From NCBI RefSeq assembly GCF_057098645.1, contig NZ_CM169472.1: 64,000 nt of DNA; one strand, given 5' to 3'. The number at the start of each line of letters is the position of its first letter. The stretch's first letter is position 1. The translations under genes and the position numbers were made by a program. The notes beneath the pieces were generated by a model. The model had not been told where the DNA came from and did no database searches. It saw only the letters and a list, made by a program, of their open reading frames with translations. Below, piece by piece: positions 53,218 through 64,000 of this stretch.

Positions 53218-54536
53218 GTGAATTTTCCCAGACAGTCCCCGAACTGGTTGCCTGGGCCAGAAAAAATGACTTCTCCATTTCGCTGCCGGTAGACCGACTC
53301 TCTTTTCTGCTGGCGGTTGCCACGCTGAACGGCGAGCGTCTGGATGGTGAGATGAGTGAAGGCGAGCTGGTGGATGCATTCCGCCATGTGAGTGATGCGT
53401 TTGAGCAAACCAGCGAAACCATCGGCGTGCGCGCCAACAACGCGATCAACGACATGGTGCGTCAACGTCTGCTGAACCGCTTTACCAGCGAGCAGGCAGA
53501 AGGGAACGCAATTTACCGTCTGACGCCGCTCGGCATCGGCATTACTGACTATTACATCCGTCAGCGCGAGTTTTCTACGCTGCGCCTTTCTATGCAGTTG
53601 TCGATTGTGGCGGGTGAGCTCAAACGCGCAGCAGATGCCGCCGAAGAGGGCGGTGATGAATTTCACTGGCACCGTAATGTCTATGCGCCACTGAAATATT
53701 CGGTAGCAGAAATTTTCGACAGTATCGACCTGACGCAACGTCTGATGGACGAACAGCAGCAGCAGGTGAAGGACGATATCGCCCAGTTGCTGAACAAAGA
53801 CTGGCGGGCGGCGATTTCCAGCTGTGAATTGTTGCTTTCGGAAACTTCCGGAACGCTGCGTGAATTGCAGGATACGCTGGAAGCGGCAGGCGACAAATTG
53901 CAGGCTAATCTGTTGCGCATTCAGGATGCGACGATGACCCATGACGATCTGCATTTCGTCGATCGTCTGGTGTTCGATCTGCAGAGCAAACTCGATCGTA
54001 TTATCAGTTGGGGCCAGCAATCCATCGACTTGTGGATTGGCTACGACCGCCACGTACACAAATTTATTCGTACCGCGATCGATATGGATAAAAACCGCGT
54101 CTTTGCTCAGCGGTTACGTCAGTCGGTACAAACCTATTTTGATGAGCCGTGGGCGCTAACTTATGCCAATGCCGATCGTCTGCTGGATATGCGTGACGAA
54201 GAGATGGCACTGCGCGATGAAGAAGTGACTGGGGAACTTCCTGAGGATCTGGAATACGAAGAGTTTAACGAGATCCGCGAACAGCTGGCGGCGATCATCG
54301 AAGAACAACTTGCTGTGTACAAAACCAGACAAGTGCCGCTGGATCTTGGTCTGGTGGTACGCGAATATCTGTCACAGTATCCGCGTGCACGTCACTTTGA
54401 CGTTGCGCGCATTGTTATTGATCAGGCGGTACGTCTTGGCGTAGCGCAAGCAGATTTCACCGGACTGCCAGCGAAATGGCAGCCGATTAATGATTACGGA
54501 GCCAAGGTACAGGCGCATGTCATCGACAAATATTGA
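53214..54536 (+). CDS. mukF: chromosome partition protein MukF (kleisin)
   Basis: 440-aa ORF; mukFEB operon. Confidence 0.95.
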
Positions 54537-55221
54537 ACAAGTGATGCCGGTTAAGCTGGCGCAGGCGCTGGCGAATCCGTTATTTCCGGCGCTGGACAGC
54601 GCCTTACGTTCAGGCCGCCATATTGGCCTCGACGAACTGGATAATCATGCATTCCTGATGGATTTTCAGGAATATCTGGAAGAGTTTTACGCGCGTTATA
54701 ACGTTGAGCTTATTCGTGCACCGGAAGGGTTCTTCTATTTACGTCCACGTTCCACCACGCTGATCCCTCGTTCCGTCTTGTCGGAACTGGATATGATGGT
54801 CGGGAAAATCCTCTGTTATCTCTATCTCAGCCCGGAACGGCTGGCGAATGAGGGGATTTTCACCCAGCAGGAACTGTACGACGAACTGCTCACCCTGGCC
54901 GATGAAGCGAAACTGCTGAAACTGGTGAACAACCGTTCAACCGGTTCAGACGTTGACCGTCAGAAGTTGCAGGAAAAAGTACGTTCTTCGCTCAACCGTC
55001 TGCGTCGTTTAGGCATGGTGTGGTTTATGGGCCACGACAGCAGCAAGTTCCGCATTACCGAATCGGTGTTCCGCTTCGGAGCCGATGTGCGTGCTGGCGA
55101 CGATCCCCGTGAAGCACAGCGTCGCCTGATTCGTGATGGCGAAGCAATGCCGATTGAAAATCATCTGCAACTCAACGATGAAACCGAAGAGAATCAGCCA
55201 GATAGCGGAGAGGAAGAATAA
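54517..55221 (+). CDS. mukE: chromosome partition protein MukE
   Basis: start trimmed to [16 protein letters not shown] within ORF-track 54490..55221; overlaps mukF 3' end. Confidence 0.9.
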
Positions 55222-58200
55222 TGATTGAACGCGGGAAATTTCGCTCACTGACGCTGATTAACTGGAACGGCTTTTTTGCCCGAACTTTTGACCTTGACGA
55301 GCTGGTCACGACGCTTTCTGGCGGTAACGGGGCGGGTAAATCCACCACCATGGCGGCGTTCGTTACGGCGCTGATCCCCGACCTGACCCTGCTGCATTTC
55401 CGTAACACTACGGAAGCCGGGGCCACCAGCGGTTCGCGCGATAAAGGTCTGCACGGTAAGCTGAAAGCGGGTGTCTGTTATTCGATGCTCGACACCATTA
55501 ACTCGCGCCACCAGCGCGTGGTGGTCGGTGTGCGTCTGCAACAGGTTGCCGGACGCGATCGTAAAGTGGATATCAAACCATTTGCCATTCAGGGACTGCC
55601 GATGTCGGTGCAGCCGACACAGCTGGTGACCGAAACTCTGAACGAACGCCAGGCGCGCGTGCTGCCGCTTAACGAGCTGAAAGACAAGCTCGAGGCGATG
55701 GAAGGCGTGCAGTTTAAACAGTTCAACTCCATTACCGATTACCACTCGCTGATGTTCGATCTGGGCATCATCGCGCGTCGTCTGCGCTCCGCATCTGACC
55801 GTAGCAAATTCTATCGTCTGATCGAAGCTTCGCTGTATGGCGGGATCTCCAGTGCCATTACCCGTTCTCTGCGCGACTACCTGTTGCCGGAAAACAGCGG
55901 CGTGCGTAAAGCGTTCCAGGACATGGAAGCGGCGCTGCGTGAAAACCGCATGACGCTGGAAGCGATTCGTGTCACCCAGTCGGACCGTGACCTGTTTAAG
56001 CATCTGATCAGCGAAGCTACCAACTACGTGGCGGCGGACTACATGCGTCACGCCAACGAGCGCCGTGTCCATCTCGACAAAGCCCTGGAGTTTCGTCGCG
56101 AGCTACATACTTCGCGTCAGCAACTGGCGGCTGAGCAGTACAAACACGTCGATATGGCGCGTGAGCTGGCAGAGCACAACGGTGCCGAAGGCGATCTGGA
56201 AGCGGATTATCAGGCGGCCAGCGATCACCTGAACCTGGTGCAAACCGCACTGCGTCAGCAGGAGAAGATCGAACGCTACGAAGCGGATCTCGATGAGCTG
56301 CAGATCCGTCTGGAAGAGCAAAACGAAGTGGTGGCAGAAGCCATCGAACGCCAGGAAGAGAACGAGGCTCGTGCGGAAGCTGCCGAACTGGAAGTGGACG
56401 AGCTGAAAAGCCAGCTTGCTGACTACCAGCAGGCGCTGGACGTCCAGCAAACGCGCGCGATCCAGTATAACCAGGCGATTGCTGCGCTTAATCGTGCCAA
56501 AGAACTGTGCCATCTGCCGGACTTAACCGCCGACAGCGCCGCCGAATGGCTGGAAACCTTCCAGGCGAAAGAGCTGGAAGCGACTGAAAAAATGCTCTCT
56601 CTTGAGCAGAAAATGAGCATGGCGCAAACCGCGCACAGCCAGTTTGAGCAGGCTTATCAGCTGGTGGTGGCAATCAACGGCCCGCTGGCGCGTAACGAGG
56701 CGTGGGATGTCGCCCGCGAACTGCTGCGCGAAGGGGTCGAGCAGCGTCACCTGGCAGAGCAGGTTCAACCGTTGCGGATGCGCTTAAGTGAACTGGAACA
56801 GCGTCTGCGCGAGCAGCAAGAAGCCGAACGCCTGCTGGCAGATTTCTGCAAACGTCAGGGCAAGAATTTTGATATCGACGAACTGGAAGCCCTGCATCAG
56901 GAGCTGGAAGCGCGTATTGCCTCTCTTTCCGATAGCGTGTCTAACGCCCGCGAAGAGCGTATGGCACTGCGCCAGGAGCAGGAACAGCTGCAGTCTCGCA
57001 TTCAGAGTTTGATGCAGCGTGCACCGGTTTGGCTGGCAGCGCAAAACAGTCTCAACCAGTTGAGTGAACAGTGCGGCGAAGAGTTCTCCTCCAGCCAGGA
57101 CGTCACTGAATATCTGCAACAGTTGCTGGAGCGTGAGCGCGAGGCGATTGTTGAACGCGATGAAGTGGGCGCGCGCAAAAACGCTGTCGATGAAGAGATC
57201 GAACGTTTAAGCCAGCCTGGCGGCTCTGAAGACCAGCGTCTGAATGCGCTGGCGGAGCGTTTTGGCGGCGTGCTGCTGTCAGAAATTTATGACGACGTTA
57301 GCCTGGAAGATGCGCCGTACTTCTCAGCGCTGTATGGCCCGTCACGCCACGCCATCGTGGTGCCAGATCTGTCACAGGTAACCGAACACCTGGAAGGCTT
57401 GACCGATTGCCCGGAAGATCTCTATTTGATCGAAGGGGATCCGCAGTCATTCGATGACAGCGTGTTCAGCGTTGATGAGCTGGAAAAAGCGGTAGTGGTG
57501 AAAATCGCCGATCGTCAGTGGCGTTATTCACGTTTCCCGGAAGTGCCGCTGTTTGGTCGTGCTGCGCGTGAAAGCCGTATTGAAAGCCTCCATGCCGAGC
57601 GTGAAGTGCTTTCCGAACGCTTCGCCACGCTCTCCTTTGATGTACAGAAAACCCAGCGTCTGCATCAGGCGTTCAGCCGCTTTATCGGCAGTCATCTGGC
57701 GGTGGCGTTTGAGTCTGACCCGGAAGCAGAAATCCGTCAACTGAACAGCCGTCGCGTCGAACTGGAGCGGGCGTTGAGTAATCATGAAAATGATAACCAG
57801 CAGCAGCGTATTCAGTTTGAGCAGGCGAAAGAAGGCGTTACGGCGCTGAACCGCATTCTGCCGCGTCTCAACCTGTTGGCTGATGACAGCCTGGCGGATC
57901 GCGTCGATGAAATCCGCGAACGTCTGGATGAAGCCCAGGAAGCCGCGCGTTTTGTTCAGCAGTTTGGCAATCAACTGGCGAAACTGGAACCGATTGTTTC
58001 AGTGTTGCAGAGTGACCCGGAACAGTTCGAACAGTTAAAAGAAGATTACGCGTATTCTCAGCAGATGCAGCGCGATGCCCGTCAGCAGGCGTTTGCCCTG
58101 ACGGAAGTGGTGCAGCGTCGTGCGCACTTTAGCTATTCTGACTCGGCAGAAATGCTTAGCGGTAACAACGATCTCAACGAAAAACTGCGTGAACGTCTGG

Positions 58201-59681
58201 AACAGGCGGAAGCGGAGCGTACCCGCGCTCGCGAAGCGTTGCGCGGTCACGCAGCGCAGTTGAGTCAGTACAACCAGGTGCTGGCTTCGCTGAAAAGTTC
58301 TTACGACACCAAAAAAGAGCTACTCAACGATCTGCAACGTGAATTGCAGGATATCGGCGTGCGTGCTGATAGCGGGGCAGAAGAGCGGGCACGTATTCGC
58401 CGTGACGAGCTGCATGCACAACTGAGCAATAACCGTTCGCGCCGCAATCAACTGGAAAAAGCGCTCACCTTCTGCGAAGCGGAGATGGACAACCTGACCC
58501 GCAAACTGCGCAAGCTGGAGCGTGATTACTTTGAGATGCGCGAGCAGGTAGTGACCGCGAAAGCGGGCTGGTGTGCAGTCATGCGCATGGTGAAAGATAA
58601 CGGCGTTGAACGCCGCTTACACCGTCGTGAGCTGGCTTATCTCTCCGCTGATGATTTGCGTTCCATGTCGGATAAGGCGTTAGGTGCGCTGCGTCTGGCG
58701 GTGGCGGATAACGAACATCTGCGCGACGTGCTGCGCATGTCGGAAGATCCGAAACGTCCGGAGCGTAAAATTCAGTTCTTCGTGGCGGTTTATCAGCATC
58801 TGCGTGAACGTATTCGTCAGGATATTATTCGTACCGATGATCCGGTGGAAGCTATCGAACAGATGGAGATCGAACTTAGCCGTCTGACCGAAGAATTAAC
58901 CTCCCGTGAACAGAAACTGGCGATCAGTTCCCGCAGCGTGGCGAACATCATTCGCAAAACCATTCAGCGCGAACAGAATCGTATCCGTATGCTCAACCAG
59001 GGGTTGCAGAACGTATCGTTTGGTCAGGTGAACAGCGTACGTCTGAACGTGAACGTGCGTGAAACGCACGCCATGCTGTTGGATGTGCTCTCTGAACAGC
59101 ACGAGCAGCATCAGGATCTGTTTAACAGCAACCGTCTGACCTTCTCGGAAGCGCTGGCGAAATTGTATCAGCGTCTTAATCCGCAGATTGATATGGGGCA
59201 GCGCACGCCGCAGACCATTGGCGAAGAACTGCTGGATTACCGCAACTATCTGGAAATGGAAGTTGAGGTTAACCGTGGTTCCGATGGCTGGTTGCGCGCA
59301 GAGTCTGGTGCATTGTCGACCGGTGAGGCGATTGGTACCGGTATGTCGATTCTGGTGATGGTGGTACAAAGCTGGGAAGATGAATCTCGCCGCCTGCGCG
59401 GTAAAGATATCTCTCCTTGCCGCCTGCTGTTCCTCGATGAAGCAGCGCGACTGGATGCTCGTTCTATCGCCACGCTGTTTGAATTGTGTGAACGTTTGCA
59501 AATGCAGCTCATCATCGCAGCGCCGGAAAATATCAGTCCGGAAAAAGGCACCACCTATAAACTGGTACGTAAAGTCTTCCAGAATACCGAACATGTTCAC
59601 GTCGTCGGCCTGCGAGGATTTGCGCCGCAACTCCCTGAAACGCTTCCAGGAAGTGACGAAGCGCCTTCCCAGGCGAGTTAA
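55221..59681 (+). CDS. mukB: chromosome partition SMC-like protein MukB
   Basis: 1486-aa ORF; N-terminal Walker [10 protein letters not shown], long coiled coils, C-terminal Walker B LLFLDEA. Confidence 0.97.
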   Translation: MIERGKFRSLTLINWNGFFARTFDLDELVTTLSGGNGAGKSTTMAAFVTALIPDLTLLHFRNTTEAGATSGSRDKGLHGKLKAGVCYSMLDTINSRHQRVVVGVRLQQVAGRDRKVDIKPFAIQGLPMSVQPTQLVTETLNERQARVLPLNELKDKLEAMEGVQFKQFNSITDYHSLMFDLGIIARRLRSASDRSKFYRLIEASLYGGISSAITRSLRDYLLPENSGVRKAFQDMEAALRENRMTLEAIRVTQSDRDLFKHLISEATNYVAADYMRHANERRVHLDKALEFRRELHTSRQQLAAEQYKHVDMARELAEHNGAEGDLEADYQAASDHLNLVQTALRQQEKIERYEADLDELQIRLEEQNEVVAEAIERQEENEARAEAAELEVDELKSQLADYQQALDVQQTRAIQYNQAIAALNRAKELCHLPDLTADSAAEWLETFQAKELEATEKMLSLEQKMSMAQTAHSQFEQAYQLVVAINGPLARNEAWDVARELLREGVEQRHLAEQVQPLRMRLSELEQRLREQQEAERLLADFCKRQGKNFDIDELEALHQELEARIASLSDSVSNAREERMALRQEQEQLQSRIQSLMQRAPVWLAAQNSLNQLSEQCGEEFSSSQDVTEYLQQLLEREREAIVERDEVGARKNAVDEEIERLSQPGGSEDQRLNALAERFGGVLLSEIYDDVSLEDAPYFSALYGPSRHAIVVPDLSQVTEHLEGLTDCPEDLYLIEGDPQSFDDSVFSVDELEKAVVVKIADRQWRYSRFPEVPLFGRAARESRIESLHAEREVLSERFATLSFDVQKTQRLHQAFSRFIGSHLAVAFESDPEAEIRQLNSRRVELERALSNHENDNQQQRIQFEQAKEGVTALNRILPRLNLLADDSLADRVDEIRERLDEAQEAARFVQQFGNQLAKLEPIVSVLQSDPEQFEQLKEDYAYSQQMQRDARQQAFALTEVVQRRAHFSYSDSAEMLSGNNDLNEKLRERLEQAEAERTRAREALRGHAAQLSQYNQVLASLKSSYDTKKELLNDLQRELQDIGVRADSGAEERARIRRDELHAQLSNNRSRRNQLEKALTFCEAEMDNLTRKLRKLERDYFEMREQVVTAKAGWCAVMRMVKDNGVERRLHRRELAYLSADDLRSMSDKALGALRLAVADNEHLRDVLRMSEDPKRPERKIQFFVAVYQHLRERIRQDIIRTDDPVEAIEQMEIELSRLTEELTSREQKLAISSRSVANIIRKTIQREQNRIRMLNQGLQNVSFGQVNSVRLNVNVRETHAMLLDVLSEQHEQHQDLFNSNRLTFSEALAKLYQRLNPQIDMGQRTPQTIGEELLDYRNYLEMEVEVNRGSDGWLRAESGALSTGEAIGTGMSILVMVVQSWEDESRRLRGKDISPCRLLFLDEAARLDARSIATLFELCERLQMQLIIAAPENISPEKGTTYKLVRKVFQNTEHVHVVGLRGFAPQLPETLPGSDEAPSQAS

Positions 59682-59685
59682 AATG

Positions 59686-59716
59686 AAGGCGGCAGCAATG
59701 CCGCCTTTTCTTTTTC
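59686..59716 (+). terminator. mukB intrinsic terminator
   Basis: AAGGCGGCA-GCAA-TGCCGCCTT hairpin followed by TTTCTTTTT. Confidence 0.75.
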
Positions 59717-59941
59717 CGAAAACTCCGTTTCTGCACTAAAAAAGTGGCACATTACGGCGCGCTTTTCTTTAAACTTCTTTACATTAGGTTATGTAAAAAC
59801 GTATCGGCGTTTATATACTGAAGTTAAGCCTGATGAGTAACAGGCTTGCTCGTCATACTTTCGTGAGTATTGGCGTTGTACAGGCAAGTCGTAAAATAAC
59901 AGCCTGGCTATTCAGAGTATGATAAAAACAGGGGGCAAGGG

Positions 59942-61789
59942 ATGTTGCTTAATATGATGTGTGGTCGTCGGCTGTCGGCAATCAGTTTGTGCCTGGCCGT
60001 AACATTCGCTCCACTGTTCAATGCGCAGGCCGATGAGCCTGAAGTAATCCCTGGCGACAGCCCGGTGGCTGTCAGTGAACAGGGCGAGGCACTGCCGCAG
60101 GCGCAAGCCACGGCAATAATGGCGGGGATCCAGCCATTGCCTGAAGGTGCGGCTGAAAAAGCCCGCACGCAAATCGAATCTCAATTACCCGCAGGTTATA
60201 AGCCGGTTTATCTTAACCAGCTTCAACTGTTGTATGCCGCACGCGATATGCAACCCATGTGGGAAAACCGTGATGCTGTTAAAGCCTTCCAGCAACAGCT
60301 GGCAGAGGTGGCGATTGCTGGTTTCCAGCCGCAGTTTAATAAATGGGTAGAGTTACTGACCGATCCTGGTGTTAACGGGATGGCACGTGACGTGGTGCTC
60401 TCTGATGCGATGATGGGCTATCTCCATTTCATTGCAAATATTCCGGTCAAAGGCACTCGCTGGCTATATAGCAGTAAACCTTATGCGCTTTCAACGCCGC
60501 CGCTTTCGGTGATTAACCAATGGCAGCTAGCGCTGGATAAAGGTCAATTGCCTACGTTTGTTGCAGGACTGGCACCGCAGCATCCGCAATATGCGGCGAT
60601 GCATGAGTCGTTACTGGCCTTACTCAGTGACACCAAACCGTGGCCCCAACTGACCGGCAAAGCAACGTTGCGCCCAGGGCAGTGGAGTAACGACGTACCG
60701 GCGTTGCGCGAAATATTGCAACGCACAGGCATGTTGGACGGGGGGCCGAAAATTACGCTACCTGGCGATGACACGCCAACTGACGCGGTAGTCAGCCCAT
60801 CCGCTGTTACTGTTGAAACAGCAGAAACTAAGCCGATGGACAAGCAAACGACGTCTCGTAGTAAACCTGCGCCTGCCGTTCGTGCCGCCTACGATAATGA
60901 ACTGGTGGAAGCCGTTAAACGTTTTCAGGCATGGCAAGGATTGGGGGCAGATGGTGCTATTGGCCCGGCAACGCGGGACTGGTTAAACGTAACGCCCGCC
61001 CAGCGTGCTGGCGTGTTGGCACTCAACATCCAGCGATTGCGCTTGCTGCCAACAGAGCTTTCTACCGGGATCATGGTTAACATTCCGGCCTATTCGCTGG
61101 TCTACTATCAGAACGGCAATCAGGTGCTGGATTCGCGAGTCATTGTCGGTCGCCCCGATCGCAAAACGCCGATGATGAGCAGTGCCCTTAACAACGTAGT
61201 GGTAAACCCGCCGTGGAACGTACCTCCAACTCTGGCACGCAAAGATATTCTGCCAAAAGTGCGCAACGATCCGGGATATCTCGAAAGCCATGGCTATACG
61301 GTGATGCGCGGCTGGAACAGCAGAGAAGCGATTGACCCATGGCAGGTTGACTGGTCTACAATCACGGCCTCGAATTTACCGTTCCGCTTCCAGCAGGCTC
61401 CAGGCCCACGGAACTCGCTGGGGCGCTATAAATTCAATATGCCGAGTTCAGAGGCCATTTATTTGCATGACACGCCGAACCACAATCTGTTCAAGCGTGA
61501 TACACGCGCATTGAGCTCAGGCTGTGTACGAGTGAATAAAGCTTCCGATCTGGCGAATATGCTGTTGCAGGATGCAGGCTGGAATGACAAACGTATTTCT
61601 GATGCGCTGAAGCAGGGTGATACACGTTACGTCAATATTCGGCAGTCGATTCCGGTGAATCTCTACTACCTGACGGCCTTTGTTGGTGCAGATGGTCGTA
61701 CCCAGTATCGTACAGATATTTACAATTATGATCTGCCTGCGCGATCCAGCTCGCAAATCGTATCGAAAGCGGAACAATTAATCAGGTAA
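59942..61789 (+). CDS. ldtD: L,D-transpeptidase LdtD (YcbB)
   Basis: 615-aa ORF with signal peptide and C-terminal YkuD-type motif (HDTPN...SSGCVR). Confidence 0.92.
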   Translation: MLLNMMCGRRLSAISLCLAVTFAPLFNAQADEPEVIPGDSPVAVSEQGEALPQAQATAIMAGIQPLPEGAAEKARTQIESQLPAGYKPVYLNQLQLLYAARDMQPMWENRDAVKAFQQQLAEVAIAGFQPQFNKWVELLTDPGVNGMARDVVLSDAMMGYLHFIANIPVKGTRWLYSSKPYALSTPPLSVINQWQLALDKGQLPTFVAGLAPQHPQYAAMHESLLALLSDTKPWPQLTGKATLRPGQWSNDVPALREILQRTGMLDGGPKITLPGDDTPTDAVVSPSAVTVETAETKPMDKQTTSRSKPAPAVRAAYDNELVEAVKRFQAWQGLGADGAIGPATRDWLNVTPAQRAGVLALNIQRLRLLPTELSTGIMVNIPAYSLVYYQNGNQVLDSRVIVGRPDRKTPMMSSALNNVVVNPPWNVPPTLARKDILPKVRNDPGYLESHGYTVMRGWNSREAIDPWQVDWSTITASNLPFRFQQAPGPRNSLGRYKFNMPSSEAIYLHDTPNHNLFKRDTRALSSGCVRVNKASDLANMLLQDAGWNDKRISDALKQGDTRYVNIRQSIPVNLYYLTAFVGADGRTQYRTDIYNYDLPARSSSQIVSKAEQLIR

Positions 61790-61969
61790 ATGAAGTAGTT
61801 CGGGGAAATCAGTTGTCGTAATAATTAGCATGATTGGGGGTGATTCTCTGCAGCCCCCGTCAATGCTGGGGTTGAGTCATCTTGACGTCTGCTTTTCGGG
61901 CGGTTAAGGTGCCTCTTGTGCGCCAGAAGTGCATATAAACGATAACATTGACCTGTAGACTTGATTATC

Positions 61970-62518
61970 ATGGACAAATTCGACGCTAATCGCCGCAAAT
62001 TGCTGGCGCTTGGTGGCGTTGCACTCGGTGCCGCCATCCTGCCGACCCCTGCGTTTGCAACACTCTCTACCCCACGCCCGCGCATTTTGACACTCAATAA
62101 TCTTCATACCGGAGAGTCAATCAAAGCGGAGTTTTTCGATGGCAGAGGCTATATTCAGGAAGAATTGGCAAAACTTAACCATTTTTTCCGCGATTACCGC
62201 GCGAACAAAATAAAGTCCATCGACCCAGGATTATTCGACCAGTTGTATCGCCTGCAAGGGTTGTTAGGCACGCGCAAACCGGTGCAACTCATTTCCGGTT
62301 ATCGTTCCATTGATACCAACAATGAACTACGCGCCCGCAGCCGTGGAGTAGCGAAGAAAAGCTATCACACTAAAGGCCAGGCGATGGATTTCCATATTGA
62401 AGGTATCGCGTTAAGCAATATTCGCAAAGCCGCGTTATCTATGCGCGCAGGTGGTGTAGGATATTACCCACGTAGTAACTTTGTGCATATTGATACCGGG
62501 CCAGCACGGCACTGGTAG
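61970..62518 (+). CDS. mepK: murein endopeptidase MepK (YcbK), Tat-signal peptidase M15-like
   Basis: RRKLLALGG twin-arginine signal; start trimmed from ORF-track 61961. Confidence 0.88.
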   Translation: MDKFDANRRKLLALGGVALGAAILPTPAFATLSTPRPRILTLNNLHTGESIKAEFFDGRGYIQEELAKLNHFFRDYRANKIKSIDPGLFDQLYRLQGLLGTRKPVQLISGYRSIDTNNELRARSRGVAKKSYHTKGQAMDFHIEGIALSNIRKAALSMRAGGVGYYPRSNFVHIDTGPARHW

Positions 62519-62544
62519 TAATTGCTTAACGAAACAGGGGCAGT

Positions 62545-63192
62545 ATGAACTATCGTATTATTCCGGTCACCGCATTCTCCCAGAACTGTTCATTGATCTG
62601 GTGTGAACAAACCCGCCTGGCCGCACTGGTCGATCCTGGCGGCGATGCGGAAAAAATCAAACAGGAAGTTAATGACAGCGGCCTGACACTGATGCAGATC
62701 CTGCTGACGCATGGTCATCTGGACCACGTTGGCGCAGCGGCGGAACTGGCGCAACATTACGGCGTGCCGGTTTTTGGCCCGGAAAAAGAAGATGAGTTCT
62801 GGCTGCAAGGCTTGCCTGCGCAAAGTCGTATGTTTGGTCTGGAAGAGTGTCAGCCGCTGACGCCAGATCGTTGGCTGAAAGAAGGCGATACCATCAGCAT
62901 AGGGAATGTGACTTTACAGGTGTTACATTGCCCTGGGCATACGCCGGGTCATGTCGTGTTTTTTGATGATCGGGCAAAGCTGCTGATTTCTGGCGATGTT
63001 ATTTTCAAAGGCGGAGTAGGGCGCAGTGACTTCCCGCGTGGCGATCATAATCAACTGATTTCTTCAATCAAAGATAAATTGCTGCCACTGGGGGATGACG
63101 TGACATTTATTCCGGGTCACGGACCATTATCCACACTTGGTTATGAACGCCTGCATAATCCCTTCCTGCAAGACGAAATGCCCGTCTGGTAA
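62545..63192 (+). CDS. gloC: hydroxyacylglutathione hydrolase GloC (YcbL), metallo-beta-lactamase fold
   Basis: 215-aa ORF with THGHLDH motif. Confidence 0.92.
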   Translation: MNYRIIPVTAFSQNCSLIWCEQTRLAALVDPGGDAEKIKQEVNDSGLTLMQILLTHGHLDHVGAAAELAQHYGVPVFGPEKEDEFWLQGLPAQSRMFGLEECQPLTPDRWLKEGDTISIGNVTLQVLHCPGHTPGHVVFFDDRAKLLISGDVIFKGGVGRSDFPRGDHNQLISSIKDKLLPLGDDVTFIPGHGPLSTLGYERLHNPFLQDEMPVW

Positions 63193-63205
63193 GGCACACA
63201 TAAAA

Positions 63206-63227
63206 AAGCCCGCTTTTCAGCGGGCTT
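63206..63227. terminator. bidirectional intrinsic terminator between convergent gloC and aspC
   Basis: AAGCCCGC-TTTTCA-GCGGGCTT hairpin with T-runs on both strands. Confidence 0.75.
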
Positions 63228-63242
63228 CATTGTTTTTAACGC

Positions 63243-64000
63243 TTACAGCACTGCCACAATCGCTTCGCACAGCGGAGCCATGTTATCTGGTGTCATCCCG
63301 GCCACGTTTACGCGACCAGAAGCAACAGCATACACGCCAAACTCTTCGCGCAGACGCAGCACTTGTTCTTTTGTCAGGCCACTGAAGGAGAACATGCCGT
63401 TCTGTTTGATGATAAAGCTGAAGTCGCGGTTTGCGCCTTTTTCCTGCAGCGTATTGACGAACAACTGACGCATACGCTGAATACGCTGGCGCATATCAGT
63501 CAGCTCTTGTTCCCAAATCGCACGTAACGCATCGTTGCTCAGGATGGTGGCAACAACAGAAGCGCCGTGTGCTGGTGGGTTAGAGTAGTTAGCGCGAATC
63601 GCCGCTTTCATTTGGCTGAATGCGCGATCAACGGTTTCACTGTCGGCAGCAACCAGAGTACAAGCGCCAACACGCTCGTTGTACAGGCCAAAGTTTTTAG
63701 AGTAGGAACTGGCAACAATCAGCTCTTTATGCATAGCCGCGAAAGCGCGCAGTCCTTCAGCATCTTCTTCCAGACCACGGGCAAAACCCTGGTAAGCGAA
63801 GTCAAACAGCGGTAACCAGCCTTTCTCAACGGAGAGTTGTGCCAGTGTCTGCCATTGTTCCAGCGTAGGGTCGATACCGGTTGGGTTGTGGCAGCAGCCA
63901 TGGAACAGCACTACGTCGCCAGCCTGAGCTTCGTTCAGGCTGTTAATCAGTGCATCGAAGTCAAGGGTGTGGTTTTCCGCATCATAATAAGCGTATTCAC
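63243..64000 (-). CDS. aspC: aspartate aminotransferase, 3' (C-terminal) part only; gene continues beyond the window end
   Basis: ORF open to the window edge; C-terminal sequence ...[13 protein letters not shown]; conserved neighbour of gloC. Confidence 0.9.
   Translation of the reverse strand, partial: EYAYYDAENHTLDFDALINSLNEAQAGDVVLFHGCCHNPTGIDPTLEQWQTLAQLSVEKGWLPLFDFAYQGFARGLEEDAEGLRAFAAMHKELIVASSYSKNFGLYNERVGACTLVAADSETVDRAFSQMKAAIRANYSNPPAHGASVVATILSNDALRAIWEQELTDMRQRIQRMRQLFVNTLQEKGANRDFSFIIKQNGMFSFSGLTKEQVLRLREEFGVYAVASGRVNVAGMTPDNMAPLCEAIVAVL

Noticed and set aside
53175-54059. 294-aa minus-strand ORF overlapping cmoM 3' end and mukF
   Set aside because: Antisense to the conserved mukF gene; no independent evidence.
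55245-59630. Several 100-275-aa minus-strand ORFs inside mukB
   Set aside because: Antisense to a 1486-aa conserved gene; repetitive Gln/Arg/Leu-rich translations typical of the opposite strand of coiled-coil genes.

Overview
The first ~30 kb of the window (1..~29976) is the right-hand portion of a P2-like (Peduovirus-type) prophage, running in P2 order from gene A through the cos site, capsid, lysis and tail modules to ogr and attR. The remaining ~34 kb is conserved E. coli core chromosome: pflB-focA, ycaO, ycaP, serC-aroA, ycaL, cmk-rpsA-ihfB, ycaI-msbA-lpxK-ycaQ-ycaR-kdsB, ycbJ, elyC, cmoM, mukFEB, ldtD, mepK, gloC and the 3' part of aspC. The most interesting signals are two AT-rich cargo genes at known P2 variable loci, both candidate single-gene anti-phage defence proteins that I cannot assign to a named family: a 440-aa ORF at 2352..3674 (tin/old position, C-terminal Rx4H HEPN-like motif) and a 414-aa P-loop NTPase at 13264..14508 (S-V position, opposite strand). 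Also notable: the prophage junction falls after codon 5 of pflA; a Gin/Hin-type invertible tail-fibre segment carries an IS21-family insertion that rewrites the C-terminus of one tail-fibre assembly gene; and the endolysin reads through in frame into LysA. Everything is from reading the sequence and the ORF track; no database search was run, and hand-counted site coordinates may be off by 1-2 nt.
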